DNA of 64,000 nt from the NCBI RefSeq assembly GCF_902713615.1, contig NC_052167.1, positions 14,915,983 to 14,979,982 of the forward strand, written 5' to 3'. Below, one piece after another: positions 11,572-25,084 of this stretch. Each line of letters opens with the position of its first letter. The stretch's first letter is position 1. The translations under genes and the position numbers were made by a program. The notes under the pieces are model-generated. The model made no database searches, was not told the DNA's origin, and worked only from the letters and a program-made list of their open reading frames with translations. The stretch comes from Scyliorhinus canicula. Lineage: Eukaryota.

Positions 11572-13240
11572 TGATTAGATTGGATTTGTTTATTGTCGGG
11601 TGTACAGAGGTACAGTGAAAAATATTTTTCTGGAGCAGCTCAAAGAGATTATTTATGCATGAAAACAAAATAAAACAAAACAAAATACATAAAAAGGGCA
11701 ACACAAGGTCCACAATGTAAATACATATGACACCGGCATCTGGTTAAGCATACAGAAGTGCAGTATTAATCAGGCCAGTCCATAATAGCGTCGTTTAGGA
11801 GTCTGGTAACCGCGGGGAAGAAGCGTTTTTTGAATCTGTTTCTGCGTGTTCACAGGCTTTATCTCCTGCCCAAAGGAAGAAGCTGGAAGAGTGAGCAAGC
11901 CGGGTGGGAGGGGTCTTTTGAGTATGCTGCCCGCTTTCCTCAGGCAACGGGAGGTGTAGACAAAGTCAATGGATGGGAGGCAGGTTCATATGTTGGACTG
12001 GGCTGTGTTCACGACTCTGGGTTTTCAACCAAGCAGTTGCCATACTAGGCTGTGATGCAGCCAGATAGGATGCTTTCTATGGTGCATCTGTAAAAGTCGG
12101 TACGAGTCAGGATGGACATGCCAAATTCCCTTAACTTCCTGAGGAAGTATAGACACTGCTGTGCTTTCTTGGTGGTAGCGACGACGTGAGTGGACCAGGA
12201 CAGATTTTTGGTGATGTGCTCTCCTAGGAATTTGAAGCTGCTAACCATCTCCATCCCGGCTCTGTAGATGCAGACAGGGGTGTGTACTCTACTTTGCTTC
12301 CTGAAGTCAATAACCAACTCTTTAGTTTTGCTGGCTTTGAAGGATAGATTGCTATTGTTTTTGTTGCACCACTCCTCTTGGTTCTTGATCTCCCTCCTGT
12401 ATTCTGACTCGTTGTTATTAGAGGTCCAACCCAACTATGGTTCTGTCATCAGCAAACTTGTAGATGGAGTTGCAACCAAATTTTGCCACTCAGTCGTGTG
12501 TACAGGGGGCTAAGTACACAGCCTTGTGGGGCCCCGGTATTGAGGACTATTGTGGAAGAGTTGTTGTTTATTCTTACTGATCTGTGGGTCAGAAAGTCAA
12601 GCATCCGGTTGCAGAGCGAGGGGCCAAGTCCTAGGTTTTGGAGCTTTGCTGGGATTATGGTGTTGAAGGCAGAGCTGTAGCCAATAAATGGGAGTCTGAT
12701 GTAGGAGTCCTTGTTTCCGAGATGCTCTCGGAATGAGTGTAGAGCCAGGGAGATGCTGTCTGCTGTGGTATGCGAATTGCAGTGGATCTAGGCGTTCTGG
12801 GATTATGGAGTTGATATGCTTCATGACCAACCTCTCGAGGCACTTCTTTACAATTGATGGCAGGGCCACCGGACGGTAGTCATTGAGGCACGTTGCCTGG
12901 TTCTTCTTTGGCACCGGTATGATGGTGGTCTTCTTGAAGCAGGTGGGGACCTCGGAGTGGAGTAGGGACAGGTTAAAGATGTCCGCGAACACATCTGCCA
13001 GCTGCTCCATGCAGGCTCTCAGTGCGGGAGTGCACGACCAGAGATCCTATCTGGACCCTTAGGCTTCCGAGGGTTCCCCTGGACATAAAATGGAGTTTGA
13101 TAGGGTGGAGTGGGAATATCTGGGCGATTCTTGGGAGGTTTGGATTTGGGCAAAAGTTTATATCCTAGTTTTGTTTTCTGCATAGGGCTCCCACTGCTCG
13201 TGTTCACACAAATGCTTTGAACTCGGGCTGTTTTCTGTTG
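11572..13240 (-). mobile_element. Rex1/Babar LINE, 5'-truncated
   Basis: [49 protein letters not shown] and KTKELVIDFRK; gattagattggattt 3' tail. Confidence 0.88.
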
Positions 13241-13350
13241 AATAGGAGCGGCTTACCATAGCGCTGAGGTCGTCAGACAAGTGGAGGGGGATAAATCAGG
13301 GAGAGGTGGTGCATAGGATGTCCTTCTAAGCAGATGATATGTTTCTTTGT

Positions 13351-13585
13351 CCAAAAGAGAAAATGCTAGAAAATCTCAGCAGGTCTGGCAGCAAATAGGG
13401 AGAGAAAAGAGCTAACGTTACGAGTCTAGATGACCCTATGTCAAAGATTTGACAAAGGGTCATCTAGACTCTAAACGTTAGCTCTTTTCTCTCCCTATAG
13501 ATGCTGCCAGACCTGCTGAGATTTTCCAGCATTTTCTCTTTTGGCTTCAGATTCCAGCATTTGCAGTAATTTGCTTTTATCTGTT
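13351..13585. mobile_element. Palindromic non-autonomous element, probably Penelope-end derived
   Basis: Near-perfect inverted repeat over 13351-13544; older relatives at ~17498-17710 and ~37570-37755. Confidence 0.75.
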
Positions 13586-16500
13586 TAGTTATATTATGGA
13601 CCCGGTTTCCACTACGGATGGAATAACAGAACTACTTAACAGTTTTGGCTCCTCCTCTGGGTATAAGTTGAATTTGGATAAGAATCGATACTTCTCGGTC
13701 AACCTCCAGGGAGGGGATCCCATCTGAGGATGTTACCTTTACACCGTGCCAGATCCAGCTTTAGTTTCCTAGGTATCTGGATGCCCCACAAGTGGGCCTC
13801 GCTTCATTAATTAAAATATACCAGTCTGGTCAATGGGGTCAAATCAGACTTACAGAAGTGGGATAACCTCCCCCTGTCCTTGGTGGGCAAGGCTCAGACT
13901 ACTAAAATGATTGTGCTCCTGAGATTTTTATTTCTTTTTCAGTGTCTCCCAACTTTTCTCCACATGTCCTTCTTTGTTAGAATTAACAAATTAGTGTCCT
14001 CTTTCGTTTTGGGTGGGAAGGGACCGAGGATCCGCAGAATGTTCCTTCAGAGCAATATATACAGTCTGAAGGTATAGCTTTACTCAATTTGCTATTTTAT
14101 TATTGGGCAGCCAATGAACTGGGGGGTTTAGTGATCCTGGTTCCGCATAAAGGCTAGTTCTTGAAGAGTTCCAGCCGTAGGGCACAGGTAATGGCATTGT
14201 TGCTCTTCTCACCGGCAAGATTTTCCTCAAATCTGGTAGTGGTGTCCAACCTGAGAATCTGGAGACAGTTCAGACAGCATTTTAAATTTAGCTCCATGTC
14301 TTTGCTGGCCCCTATTTACAGTAATCACCTCTTTTTTGTCAGCAGTTTTAGATTTGACATTTAGGTCATGGAGGGGAGGAGGGGAAGAGTTTGGGGACTT
14401 GTTCATGGAGAGAAGGTTTTCCAGCTGTCAGAAAAACGTCAACTCCCTGGTCCCAATCTGTTTAAATATTTTCAGATGTGATTTTTTGTGTAAGGCTTTT
14501 CCCTTGGTTCCATCCTCCTCCCTATTGAAGAGGATTTGGTCTTTGGCCAGGTCTAGTGGGGGAACAGTTTGTGTATTTATGGGAAGATCCTATCAGCGGA
14601 GTCAGCTCCGTTGGATGAAGTAAAGGTGAAATGGGAGGGTGAATTGGGTACTATTCTGGATGATGAGATGTGGAGTGAGACTCTTCACAGGATCAACACA
14701 TCCTCTTGCACTGGCTTAGTCTGATCCAATTCAAGATGGTGCACAGTGCTCATTTAACAAAAGCGAGGATGAGCACTTTTTTCTCTGGGGTGGAGGACAG
14801 AGGTGAGCATTGTTCTCGGGGGCCAGCTAACCGCACGTATTCTGGTCTTCTCCAAAGTTAGAAAGTTCTGGGTCTCCTTCTTTGGTGGACATTTTTGGGC
14901 TTTTAGACTTGCCGGTGCTACAGATAGCGAGTGATAATTGGATGTCCTAACCTTTGCCTTGTTAATAGCCGGAGATGAATTCTGCTTGGACGAGATCTTC
15001 TTCTCTGCACAGTGCCCCAGCTTGGTTGGATGGCCTCATGTCTTTCTTACATTTGGAGATGGTCAAGTACACCATTAGGGGGTTGGTAGAAGGGTTCTAC
15101 CCAAGACAGCAGCCACTAATTTGCTTTTTAAAAGAGAGTTAGTCATCATCAGTTGTAAGGGGTTTAGTTTAATGTTGGGGAGGTTAAGTTAACTGACGTT
15201 CTTGATTGTTTATTTTGTTCTTTTTGCATTGTAACTCAAATTAACTGTTAGATATTATTTTGTTTATAATGGAAAATATTCAATTAAAGTATTTTTAAAA
15301 AATAACTCAGCGCATTAGCTTAACTACTGTGGATATTTTCTTTGCTTAACTACTGTGGATATTTTCTTTTGAGGTAAATATATTTAAAAGAATCAGCAAA
15401 AAACATTCTTACAAAATAAAAATAACCAAACAATAATAAAGGTAAATATTGCTTCATATTTTGAGTATTTGATAGGACAGAATTCCAGCTTGAAAATGGA
15501 TGTGCAAGTTGAACAGGTTAAAACTATACTTTAAACAAAATTTTAACACTTTCTTCTATTAAATGGTTCTCCAACAGATCATCAGTTCTTTTTATATTGT
15601 AGAACCACTTCAAGAAGCAGTTATGTATTATCGCCTTAGTGCCCAGTCCTGTGGAATCCACTTCTTTGCAATGGCGCCAGATTCCACCAAATTAAAACAA
15701 TGTTGAAACAATAGTGCATGCCAGATAATGATATATAACTGTTTGACCTCTATATGTACCCCGATGACTGAGGATATCCATGTTGTTATGATTCAGGAAT
15801 TTTTCCAAATACTTTTCACATGCCCAGCACAAAGGACGACTTTCACAGGCAGGTCTACACTTTCTATAAACAGAAATGTGACTTTATAGATGAAGTAATC
15901 TGGGAGGTAAAGTGCCCCAAATGAACAATAAACCCATTTACCATTTATAGGTCTAATTCCAAAACTCCCCAACTAATGGAAAAATAATACCCTATAAAGA
16001 AAAACTTAACCCAGACTGCAACTAGTAATCAAGTTTATAGATAACGTTAGAGAAAATAAATTGATAAATTATACTATTTCTCACTTAACTTACAGAATCT
16101 GTTATAAGACAATAAAATTCTACCATGCTCTGTATTATACTTTTACTTCGGACTAACATCAGTGTCATAAATGGTTTGTATCAAATTATTTTGTCAAAGT
16201 GAGACACAGGTCCCAGCTTATATGGGGGAGCAGAGATTCAAAACTTCAATCATACTTCAGCTTCATAGTTTGAAAATCTTTGGAGATAGAAAGATTGAGA
16301 AAAACCCTTCCCAATTAAACAACATTAGCAAAGCATTGTACATATGAACAAAAAGATTTCTGGTTGCATATGTGAAACTAAGTTTCACTAATTAAGAGTG
16401 ACAGCCCTCCTTGGTGGTCTGGTCAACAGCATTAATGACAATCATCTTTGATACTGGTCAAGCAATCCACCTAATCAGGGTCAGACAATCCCTTTTGAAG

Positions 16501-16982
16501 TGACATCAACTGACAAATATAGTATGCATCTCCTTCAATACAGAAAAACAACATGCCCTTGCAGAACATGAAAGGAAATACTTCAAAATATGCCACAATG
16601 GAGCCATGCTTTGAATACATTTAAAGAACTATTAAAATACAACAGAACCTTTGCACAGGCACAATCCCAACATTTATGCCAGGATCATGCCTGCTGGTGC
16701 TCTCCAATTCTAACTCCGTCAAAGTATGTAGGGTCAGAGGAAGTCAATAAATTAGCCTGGACCCACCATGTCACTCGAGGCGCCGCTCAAGTGGCACGAG
16801 CCCACATAGGGGCTGCTGTCCAGGAAGATATGGGTGGGAGTTGTCAAGTCCCAATCTCCCTCAACTCCCTTGGAAAGGTAATTTACTACTCTCTTTCAAA
16901 AATACTTTTTATAAATAAATGGTAATCATCTTTAGCCTTAAATGATTTTGTGCACTTTAGGTATACATTAGGGTTACATTTG

Positions 16983-17330
16983 GGGTGGCACGGTAGCATG
17001 GTGGTTAGCATAAATGCTTCACAGCTCCAGGGTCCCAGGTTCGATTCCCGGCTGGGTCACTGCCTGTGCGGAGTCTGCACGTCCTCCCAGTGTGTGCGTG
17101 GGTTTCCTCCGGGTGCTCCGGTTTCCTCCTACAGTCCAAAGATGTGCGGGTTAGGTGGATTGGCCATGCTAAATTGCCCGTAGTGTCCTAAAAAGTAAGG
17201 TTAAGGGGTGGGGGGTTGTTGGGTTACAGGTACAGGGTGGATACGTGGGTTTGAGTAGGGTGATCATGGCTCGGCACAACATCGAGGGCTGAAGGGCCTG
17301 TTCTGTGCTGTACTGTTCTATATTCTATTA
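16983..17330 (+). mobile_element. HE1-like tRNA SINE, full length
   Basis: ggcacggtagcatggtggttagc (A box), ggttcgattcc (B box), LINE-derived tail gggctgaagggcctgttctgtgctgtactgttcta. Confidence 0.9.
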
Positions 17331-17497
17331 ACATTCCAGACATACCAGTTTCTAAACTAAGCCTCCGTCTCACCGAGATTAGGGAGAAAGACTACCAGAA
17401 TATGGAATTGCGTCCCTCTGAAACAAGGGCCGACATTTGGGGAGCAGGAGTTTTCATCTTGCAAGGTCCCATGGAAATATTAAGCAAAATTTGGGAT

Positions 17498-17710
17498 AAA
17501 AACAGAAATGCTGTAAATAATCAGCAGGTCAAACAGCATCTGTGGAGGAAGAGTTGATGTTTCATGTTGATGACAATCTTCAGTGGAAGATGGTCATCGA
17601 CCTGAAAAATTAACTTGGTTTCTCTCCAGAGATGCAGCCTGACCTGCTGAGTTTTTCTAATATTTCCGTTTCCAGTTCAGATTTATAGCATGCACAGTGT
17701 ATTGTTTTTG
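17498..17710. mobile_element. Older palindromic Penelope-end-derived element
   Basis: aaaacagaaatgctg..cagcaggtc..cagcatctgtggag with a degenerate inverted arm. Confidence 0.65.
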
Positions 17711-19215
17711 TATTGGAAGCAAATACCAGGGGTCAGGCATATCTGGGTTTTTCGCCTATTTTCCAGGACTTCGACTGAGTGCCAGCCAAAGTTACATCAA
17801 ACTTTGTCAAAGTCCTGCACATTTGCTGAACCAGTCTTGAAATATAAATTCAGACCTCCATACCTTCCCCAATAACTGGATCAATGCATACAGGCCAATA
17901 AATGCAAAAATGTTTTATTGATCAGTACACCTGACAGCAACTAGAAAACATGGCTGATTCTTGCAATAACAGCCTTTGTCGTTATGGTGCTAAACCAAAG
18001 GCCAATGCTGCTTCCCGTATGTTCTCTCAGAAAAGTAATCTATTCTGGTTGGTCTCAGACTATATAGTAATGTTGTATTGTTTACACATTGGGTGAACTT
18101 CCATATTCAGTAGCACAATTGAGACATTTTGCAAAAGTAAGCAGGAGTAGGAGGAAAGTTGTTAAATATCAATTATTGAAAAGCCACTGTGCAGGCAATG
18201 ATGTACACAACTGAAAAATATTGAGTCAATAACCAGAGCTCTATTAATGTAGACCATCTTCATAACATTCTTGTACTCAGTAACTCAGCCCCATTATTAG
18301 CATGTTTGGTAAATTGGTTTATATGGAACAGAACAGAAGGATAAAAGTAGAGACATTGAAATGAATCACAATTTAATCATTTATGATCTGTAACTGAATG
18401 AGACAGTCCTCAACTCAGCTATTGTTGTGCAGATGAAAGTGGTTTCATTCATCACACTGGTGTTCAATTTTTTTTTTAAACTTAGGCAAATACGAATGAT
18501 CTACAAACTACATATTTTGGTAACTGGACACTTTACATGCAACGGTAGGTATAACTAATATTAAACACAAGGTCTGACCTGCGTAATTGCTTAATTCCAG
18601 AAACATTCCAAAGAACATTTTTCCATACTAACATCAAAACTCTTCCATGAGACAAGTGTCTGCCTCATACATCTTTCCTGGCAATCCACTCCAGCTGTTG
18701 ATTATTCAAATGTGGACAATGTTCCAAAAGCATTGATAATACTGAACCTGTAACCTCATGTATTGCTACTTTGACATAGCTGAAAGTATTGTGAATCAAG
18801 GAAACATTTGCCCATACATTGAGCAAATTCTGAAATTATCCATCTCAAAAGCTGGCATGCCTTTCCTAACAAAATGAGCTATAAAAGAGCGTTTTCCCAA
18901 ATGAAAGTCCATAAATTTAATTTAATAACATCCTAAAACAATGGAAATACTGCCCATTCATATTGAGTAGAACTTCTAGCTCACAAGCCCTTACTAATAG
19001 TTTACAACAGAAAGACATTGCTGATGAGCATGATTGTGCAAGTAGTCAGCTGACAAAGTGCTAAAACCCGGAAAAATTGCTTGAAAACTGCAAGAACTAA
19101 AAAAGTACAAAATATTGACATGTGTAGTGTACCTAACACGTGAAATAGTGGTATAAATGTGGATTCCTTTTGTTCTGTGCAAATAAAGGCAAGGGTTTAA
19201 ATACCTCACACTTAC

Positions 19216-19257
19216 TTGAGTTCCATCAACAACGATCCCTAAATCGTTACTCGCCAT
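19216..19257 (-). CDS. LRMDA: LRMDA coding exon 1 (MASNDLGIVVDGTQ)
   Basis: ATG in gtgATGg context; peptide resembles recalled human MAGLVVRGTQ; strong donor CAA|GTAAGT; phase 0 joins exon 2 (VSYIGQDC). Confidence 0.88.
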
Positions 19258-19379
19258 CACTGACGTTCTAATGTATAAACTATTGTTAAAAGCTGACGTT
19301 TACTTTATTTTCACGGCTATTCAAGGTACCAGCCACAGTTCTCTTTTTGGAAGTACCGCTATAACGGAGCAACGACCTG

Positions 19380-19900
19380 CATATGTAAATACAAGAGTAC
19401 TACACTTCCGCACTCCTGTCAGCTGATTCGGAGCGGAAGTCGGTGCCGAAACGTAAAAAAGGAGGAGCAAAGGCATTTAGAAAAGCAGAGCTTCCAATTA
19501 TACTTCATGCAATGATGATACAATACTTTTTTCGTAAAAAATGTATATAAGAAGTTTGTTTAGTTGGAGATGTTTTTTTTACAAATGTCGTTTACAGCCT
19601 CAAAGGAGGTAATCGTAGTCAGTCGATGAGACTGAAGAGAGCGAGATTCCTGATAATGATTTGCTGTTTAAAAAATTCGCCTCTCAGAAATATATTTGCT
19701 TTTCGACCGAGTCCAACTAATCTATCTTTCCTGTCATGTAAGTAGAAGTCATGCATGCATTAGTGTAGAATGAACCATCAAACCTCCTTCCCCCTCCCAC
19801 CATCCCCAAGGAAAGAAGAAAAACTTCCCTTCCCGCCCCATCAGCGGAGCGCATGCGGAAGTCCGGCACTGCAGACTACTGACCCAATCTCAGCTCTTAC
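19380..19900. promoter_or_regulatory. Putative LRMDA promoter, housekeeping-like
   Basis: ETS/GABP cores ACTTCCG 19404-19410, CGGAAGT 19434-19440 and 19856-19862; NRF1-like GCGCATGCG 19849-19857; CpG-retaining. Confidence 0.6.
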
Positions 19901-22719
19901 TAACTACTAATGTGAGCCTATTGCACTAATATTTAACACAAGTAAGTTTGATGTATGGAGTCTACTTCTCTTCATTGGTTCAGCTGTTCATAAAGTGGTA
20001 ATTAAAATTTTAAGAATTAATACGATTTACCTTCTGTATTGGGCTATTCGGATACAGCATCGACAGTGATGTCTTTGTAACAGAAGGAATATGTGTACGA
20101 CATGTACACTTCAGAGTACAATCGACATTATAATTGTTTATAATCGGCTATTAATAATCAGGTATGATTTTTGGTATTTGTCTGTGTGCCCGGAAGATAC
20201 TGTCAGCGTGTTTGCCATTGAAACTGATCGCTTCTCTGCCGTCCTGATGCTGTATTACTGCAGGTTATTGGTATGGAGATGAGTTGTTTTGGCGAGAGTA
20301 TGTTAATTTTCAACAAAAATTCAATCTTCTCTTGCAATCAGATGATCGTTCTATTCGATATAATGGCACATTTTATATTCCGCATTTGGATCCTGTTGAT
20401 AACAGTATGTTTCAGCTGTTTTTTAAATCGTTGAAGCACCTCTGCTGTACAGCAAATCACTTTACAGATAAAAGTGCTGATTGTTAAATTGTTTTTTTTA
20501 ATCTCGTTCCACCAACATCGGACATACTAACTTGCTAGTCATTTGTTTCCAGTAATAATTATATTCGCATGCGATGAGTGATTCATAAATATGTCAGACT
20601 ATAAAATATAGGCACGTACTTCAAACTTTCTATTTAAAAATCATGAATTATAGCCACGAAAAATGTGTTCCCATTTAGGGTAATACGAAGTATTTGCTGT
20701 CTTGTACTGAGACCCATCTGTCATCTAGACAATAAAGAAAGCCGCTGTTACTTTTTCCCTGACGTTGAAAATTTATGGGCGCCCTACACTGCCCTAATAA
20801 CTCAAGCATTGTGTCAACGTTTGACAGGCTTGCAGAAAAACAGCAACCCTGTTATCAATCAAACAACCCTTTGCATATTTTTAGCTGCGCTCTGATCTTC
20901 AAGACACGTTTATGTATGAATTATATCATTATGAATCATTCTACAGATTTACTGTAAGGCGGAACGTGATCTATCACGTCTTTCAAATCAACAAAAGGTA
21001 GAGAGATTTTTTTTCAGTTTTCACCATTTTAGCATGCTTGACACTTGTGGAATTTTATAATATTTTAAAACGAACCCTATTCGCGGTGAAATCTGCACTT
21101 TTACAATTCAATTTATAGAGGAAAGTTTATTCTGCAGATTTTATTTTTAAATATTCCAAGAAACTATCCTCAAGTTCCCTTTCCTGCAGGTAACTACTTC
21201 AATGTATCAGTAAAACTCAGTCCGTTGACATTCGGATCTTCGCGCTTTCTGTGTTTCGGGTAATGATTTCTTCCGCTTAATAAGCATTTTCAGGCAGTTG
21301 AGATGTGCTTCCCTGTCAAAACACTGTTGCTTTCAAGAAGAACAATTTAGAATTGTTTAAATTTTGATCATTTTTCTTCAATACTGTTATCGGATCCAAC
21401 TCTTTTTTAAAGATGTTTTTGAATAATAAAGACTGCCACACTATTGTTAATGAACGATTCTAATATTTTTAAATATCCTTAATTTCTAAAAAGCAACCAA
21501 TAATTATACTTTCCTCTTTCTTATCAAAAACTGTTGTTCGAAATGGCGAACGTCCGTATTAGATCAGCATTTTACATTCGCCAGAATTTTATGGCTTTAA
21601 GTGTCATTTCAATGATATCTTAACTAAATTATCTACAACTAAATGCTTTTAATTAATTTAAGATGTATTAAAATTGACAATACTTTTAATTATTTGATTT
21701 CATGAAACGTTGAGGACACGGATAATAAAAACACAACTCTAGATATCAATATATAACCTAGTGCAAAAGTTGATTCAAGCATAAGTTACAAGTCAAATAA
21801 TTAATCCTAAAGAGATAGAAGTTCTTCAGCATAGGTAAGTACATATTTTAACATCGTTCCGATATTGGGCAGAATACACAAGATACCATTTATCCACCAA
21901 AACACTTTTTAAGATTTCTATCAATAAGAAAGGGACATATTTTCTTAGTTTAATACATTAGAATTAAATTGTAAACCCAAAAGTAAACTTCTTGTTTCCA
22001 TTATGCCTACGAACTTCAAAACTTTTCCCTTTGGATGTTGCACAAGTAGGTAAAATCAGGTATCACGGTAAGTACAATTTTTTCACATTTTAAAACTATT
22101 TAATTGTCCTTTGGTACAGTAAAATCCGATTCATATTTTACATGAACCAGTTCTATTACAACAAAAAATGCAGAACGGTTCAGTATTTATCTACTTCATT
22201 GTTCTGAACGCGCATCTGATCTTCCCATTTGATCCGGGCATAATTTAGGAGGGCAAATTAACTCGCATGCAGATTATTTGGAATTTCAGATCTCTATCTG
22301 TATTTTTAAAGGTTAGTTGACATGTAATAAGACGATCGCTCCAGTGTGGTGTCTGCAAAACATCAACTCGACTGATACGAATGGGCAAAAGCGAGAAGTC
22401 AGCCTGTCTACCTGCATGTTAGCTGCGCAATTATAAAATTTACGCTTGAGCAGTTTTCGCCATAGTTTTCCATGCTTCTTTAGAAATTAGTATTGAATAA
22501 TGATAATGTAATAGATTCTGTTCTCGCTGCTGTTTCCGCCCGAACAGCCCAATGTCGCAAAATGTATTAAAAATAGCGCGAAACGTTTAACATTAACTTG
22601 CCTTTGTTCCATTATATTTAAGACAAAGGGGTTCATACTGTTTGTTTAAAACTAACTTTGCTCCAATCCGCTTTCTGTTGAAATCCATCCCGGGATTTAT
22701 AGGATCTGACCTGACCTGT

Positions 22720-22870
22720 CAAGCGGATTATCATACAGAGAGATTAATAGGGTAGGCGGGTTGCAATAATAATCGTTTTGTTTGATGTGACAAGTTTGAT
22801 AGGCGTTGATTTACTTACAAACTGATAGGCTTTTAATTGAGCGTCTCCATCCAAGTTAGATGAAAGGAAG
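22720..22870. promoter_or_regulatory. Candidate conserved enhancer upstream of ZNF503
   Basis: GTTTGAT twice (22780-22786, 22794-22800; TCF-like), TGACA 22788 (Meis), TGATTTAC 22807-22814 (Pbx-Hox), TAATTG. Confidence 0.5.
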
Positions 22871-25084
22871 CCGCGGCATTTTGTGTCTGAAAAGCTGCCC
22901 AATTGCCCGGGAGTCTGAATACTTATTAATCGGGTACGTGAACGGTCAAATACTTCTTTTTGAATGCAATGGTGCCTCGTTTTAAAAAATAATAATAAAT
23001 CTCTTAAACTGTGTACAAATCAAATCGTGCTGACAGTTCTACCAATAACTGATTAGTGAGGAAAGTTGAACACCGTTTTAATAGTGGTGTTTTAATTAAA
23101 TTTACTTAATTCCTGGCTGGTTTTCCCTCTACTTTTATACAGTGATATCGAATTGAGTCGCGAGGATAAACATTACTCTTTAAATTGCGTGAGGAGTATG
23201 CCGTATTGTTTTTATTTTAAAATAATTGAACTTCGACACAAAGATGGTGTCATTCGGAAATGAAGTTTGAGATCCAAGCTGTCCACGCCACTTCCACTCC
23301 AAATTTATTTTTGTTTTAGGAAGTATAATGTAGAACTGAAACTTCATGGCATTTCATTATTTTCTGTGAAACTTCAAGCATGGCGTTAGTTAAACGTGCC
23401 TATTGTATTTCTGAAGTGCAAATGTGTTATATTTGAAATCGGTCATTTTCGCCTAGTCACAGGCAGGCACTTAAATACTATTTAAACTACGTAGCTTCTT
23501 CCTTCGCACCGCAATGAACAAATCTCCAAAAAGTCTTCCCACAGTCGACTCCACCTAAAGCAATTAATCTTTTAGTATTTCTCACCGGGAGGCAGGACAA
23601 ATACAACAAGAACAGATAGTCGTCTCTATGGTATAGTAAGGAAAACAGCTGTTCCAAGCAGTTAATGCAAATGAACATAAATGAAGGTACAGCGTTTCAA
23701 TGTTTACTGCACTTCATCCATCAACCTGACGAGCCATTAAAAGGAAAGAACTGTTCTGCGCAAATCGAGTTTACTCCCACCACTTGGGAATCGTTCAGTT
23801 CTCTCCCAACACCATTATACACCTGGCCAAATCTGTGCTTCCTTTGCTACAGAGGTAAAGCACTTAACAAGAATCCTCTTTGTACATGGGAGTAAGTGCT
23901 ATTGTATTTTCTACTTTTATTAAAATAATCTAGGCTTTTTAAATCTAATTCACAAATGCTTTGATATGTTCGGAGTATTATAATTGCTCGAAAGGAAATC
24001 ATTCTAATTACCAGAACAAATTTGTAAAAGTTACTGTATCATTCGGGGAAGACCGTAGCCAAGTTTTTGTTATATCTTCAGTTTATAAAGATTTCAACCA
24101 AACCACAATGATTTGATTATACTTATATATGTTTCCGTTTTATTTCCTAAAACTAGACTTTTGCCATAATTCTTGGTTTGAAAATGTGCGCATCGTTTTA
24201 TTTTGTCTCCGATATTGTTCAAGCGCTGTTATTGATCGGCAAGACAATTTTAGTGAAGTTCAGTCCGAATAAAAATCCATCTCATACATTGCTAACAACC
24301 CCTCAGCACTTTCCGTGTTCTTCACTTGTCAAACGTGTTTTTATCTCCAAGTGACCTTTTGTTAATGTTGTAGATTGTGTGGGCCACCATGTCGAGGCCG
24401 GAAACAAAAGCAAAGATTGATTAGCACATACATTTGCCAGTGAAAAGAAGCAAACATCAAACAGAAGTCAAATCTTAATCTGTATATCACTTTTTAAATT
24501 AAAACTTGCAAAATGTGTAAAAAGTCCCACGTTTCGGAAGTCCCACAGTTTATAATCGATGTTTCTGTTAAAGTTGACTTGTTTTGCAAAAAAGCAGTAA
24601 CCTGCTGTACCGTTTGTGTGAAAAACCACGACAATACTTTGAGTGTATTATGAACCTTTTTATAGCAGTGACTTTGATCAGCCCGATCATTTGTTCTAGC
24701 TGTCAGGTTTAACATGTCAAGACTTTCAACATGTCAATCTTAATCTTTTTCAAACACACCTACGTGTGACCATCTGATTGACTGATCGGTGATACGATCT
24801 CAATAATGTCTCTGTATTTAGTCCGCCACTGCGGCCCAAAGTAAGATTTCTCAATTTAAGATTTTTGAAAATTTTATTTTTCATAAGGAAGAAATATTCA
24901 ACAGGGAAGTATGCCATTAATGACAAGAAGCGAAGGTGTATAATTCGTTCAAGCGAATTGAAGTGCGGTCTAGTGCGTCCGCCTTTTGTTCGCATACAAA
25001 TTGAGTTTACTCTGAGAACGATTTATTTCCCTAAATTGAATGCCTCTTTTCAAAAGCCGTTCTTTTTCAAGTCACACCAGGCTT

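Larger units (their letters stand above)
9950..15300 (+). mobile_element. L1/Tx1-clade LINE ORF2, degenerate, interrupted by several insertions
   Basis: Broken RT motifs GPDGFPTEF, YRPISLLNTD.KL.AKVLA and .ADD at ~13330; A-rich 3' end near 15300. Confidence 0.8.

Noticed and set aside
16983-17060. tRNA genes at SINE heads
   Set aside because: The A/B boxes continue into SINE bodies and LINE-derived tails
18994-19260. 88-aa minus-strand ORF as a whole protein
   Set aside because: Only the 14 codons from the ATG at 19257 are LRMDA exon 1; the rest is intron
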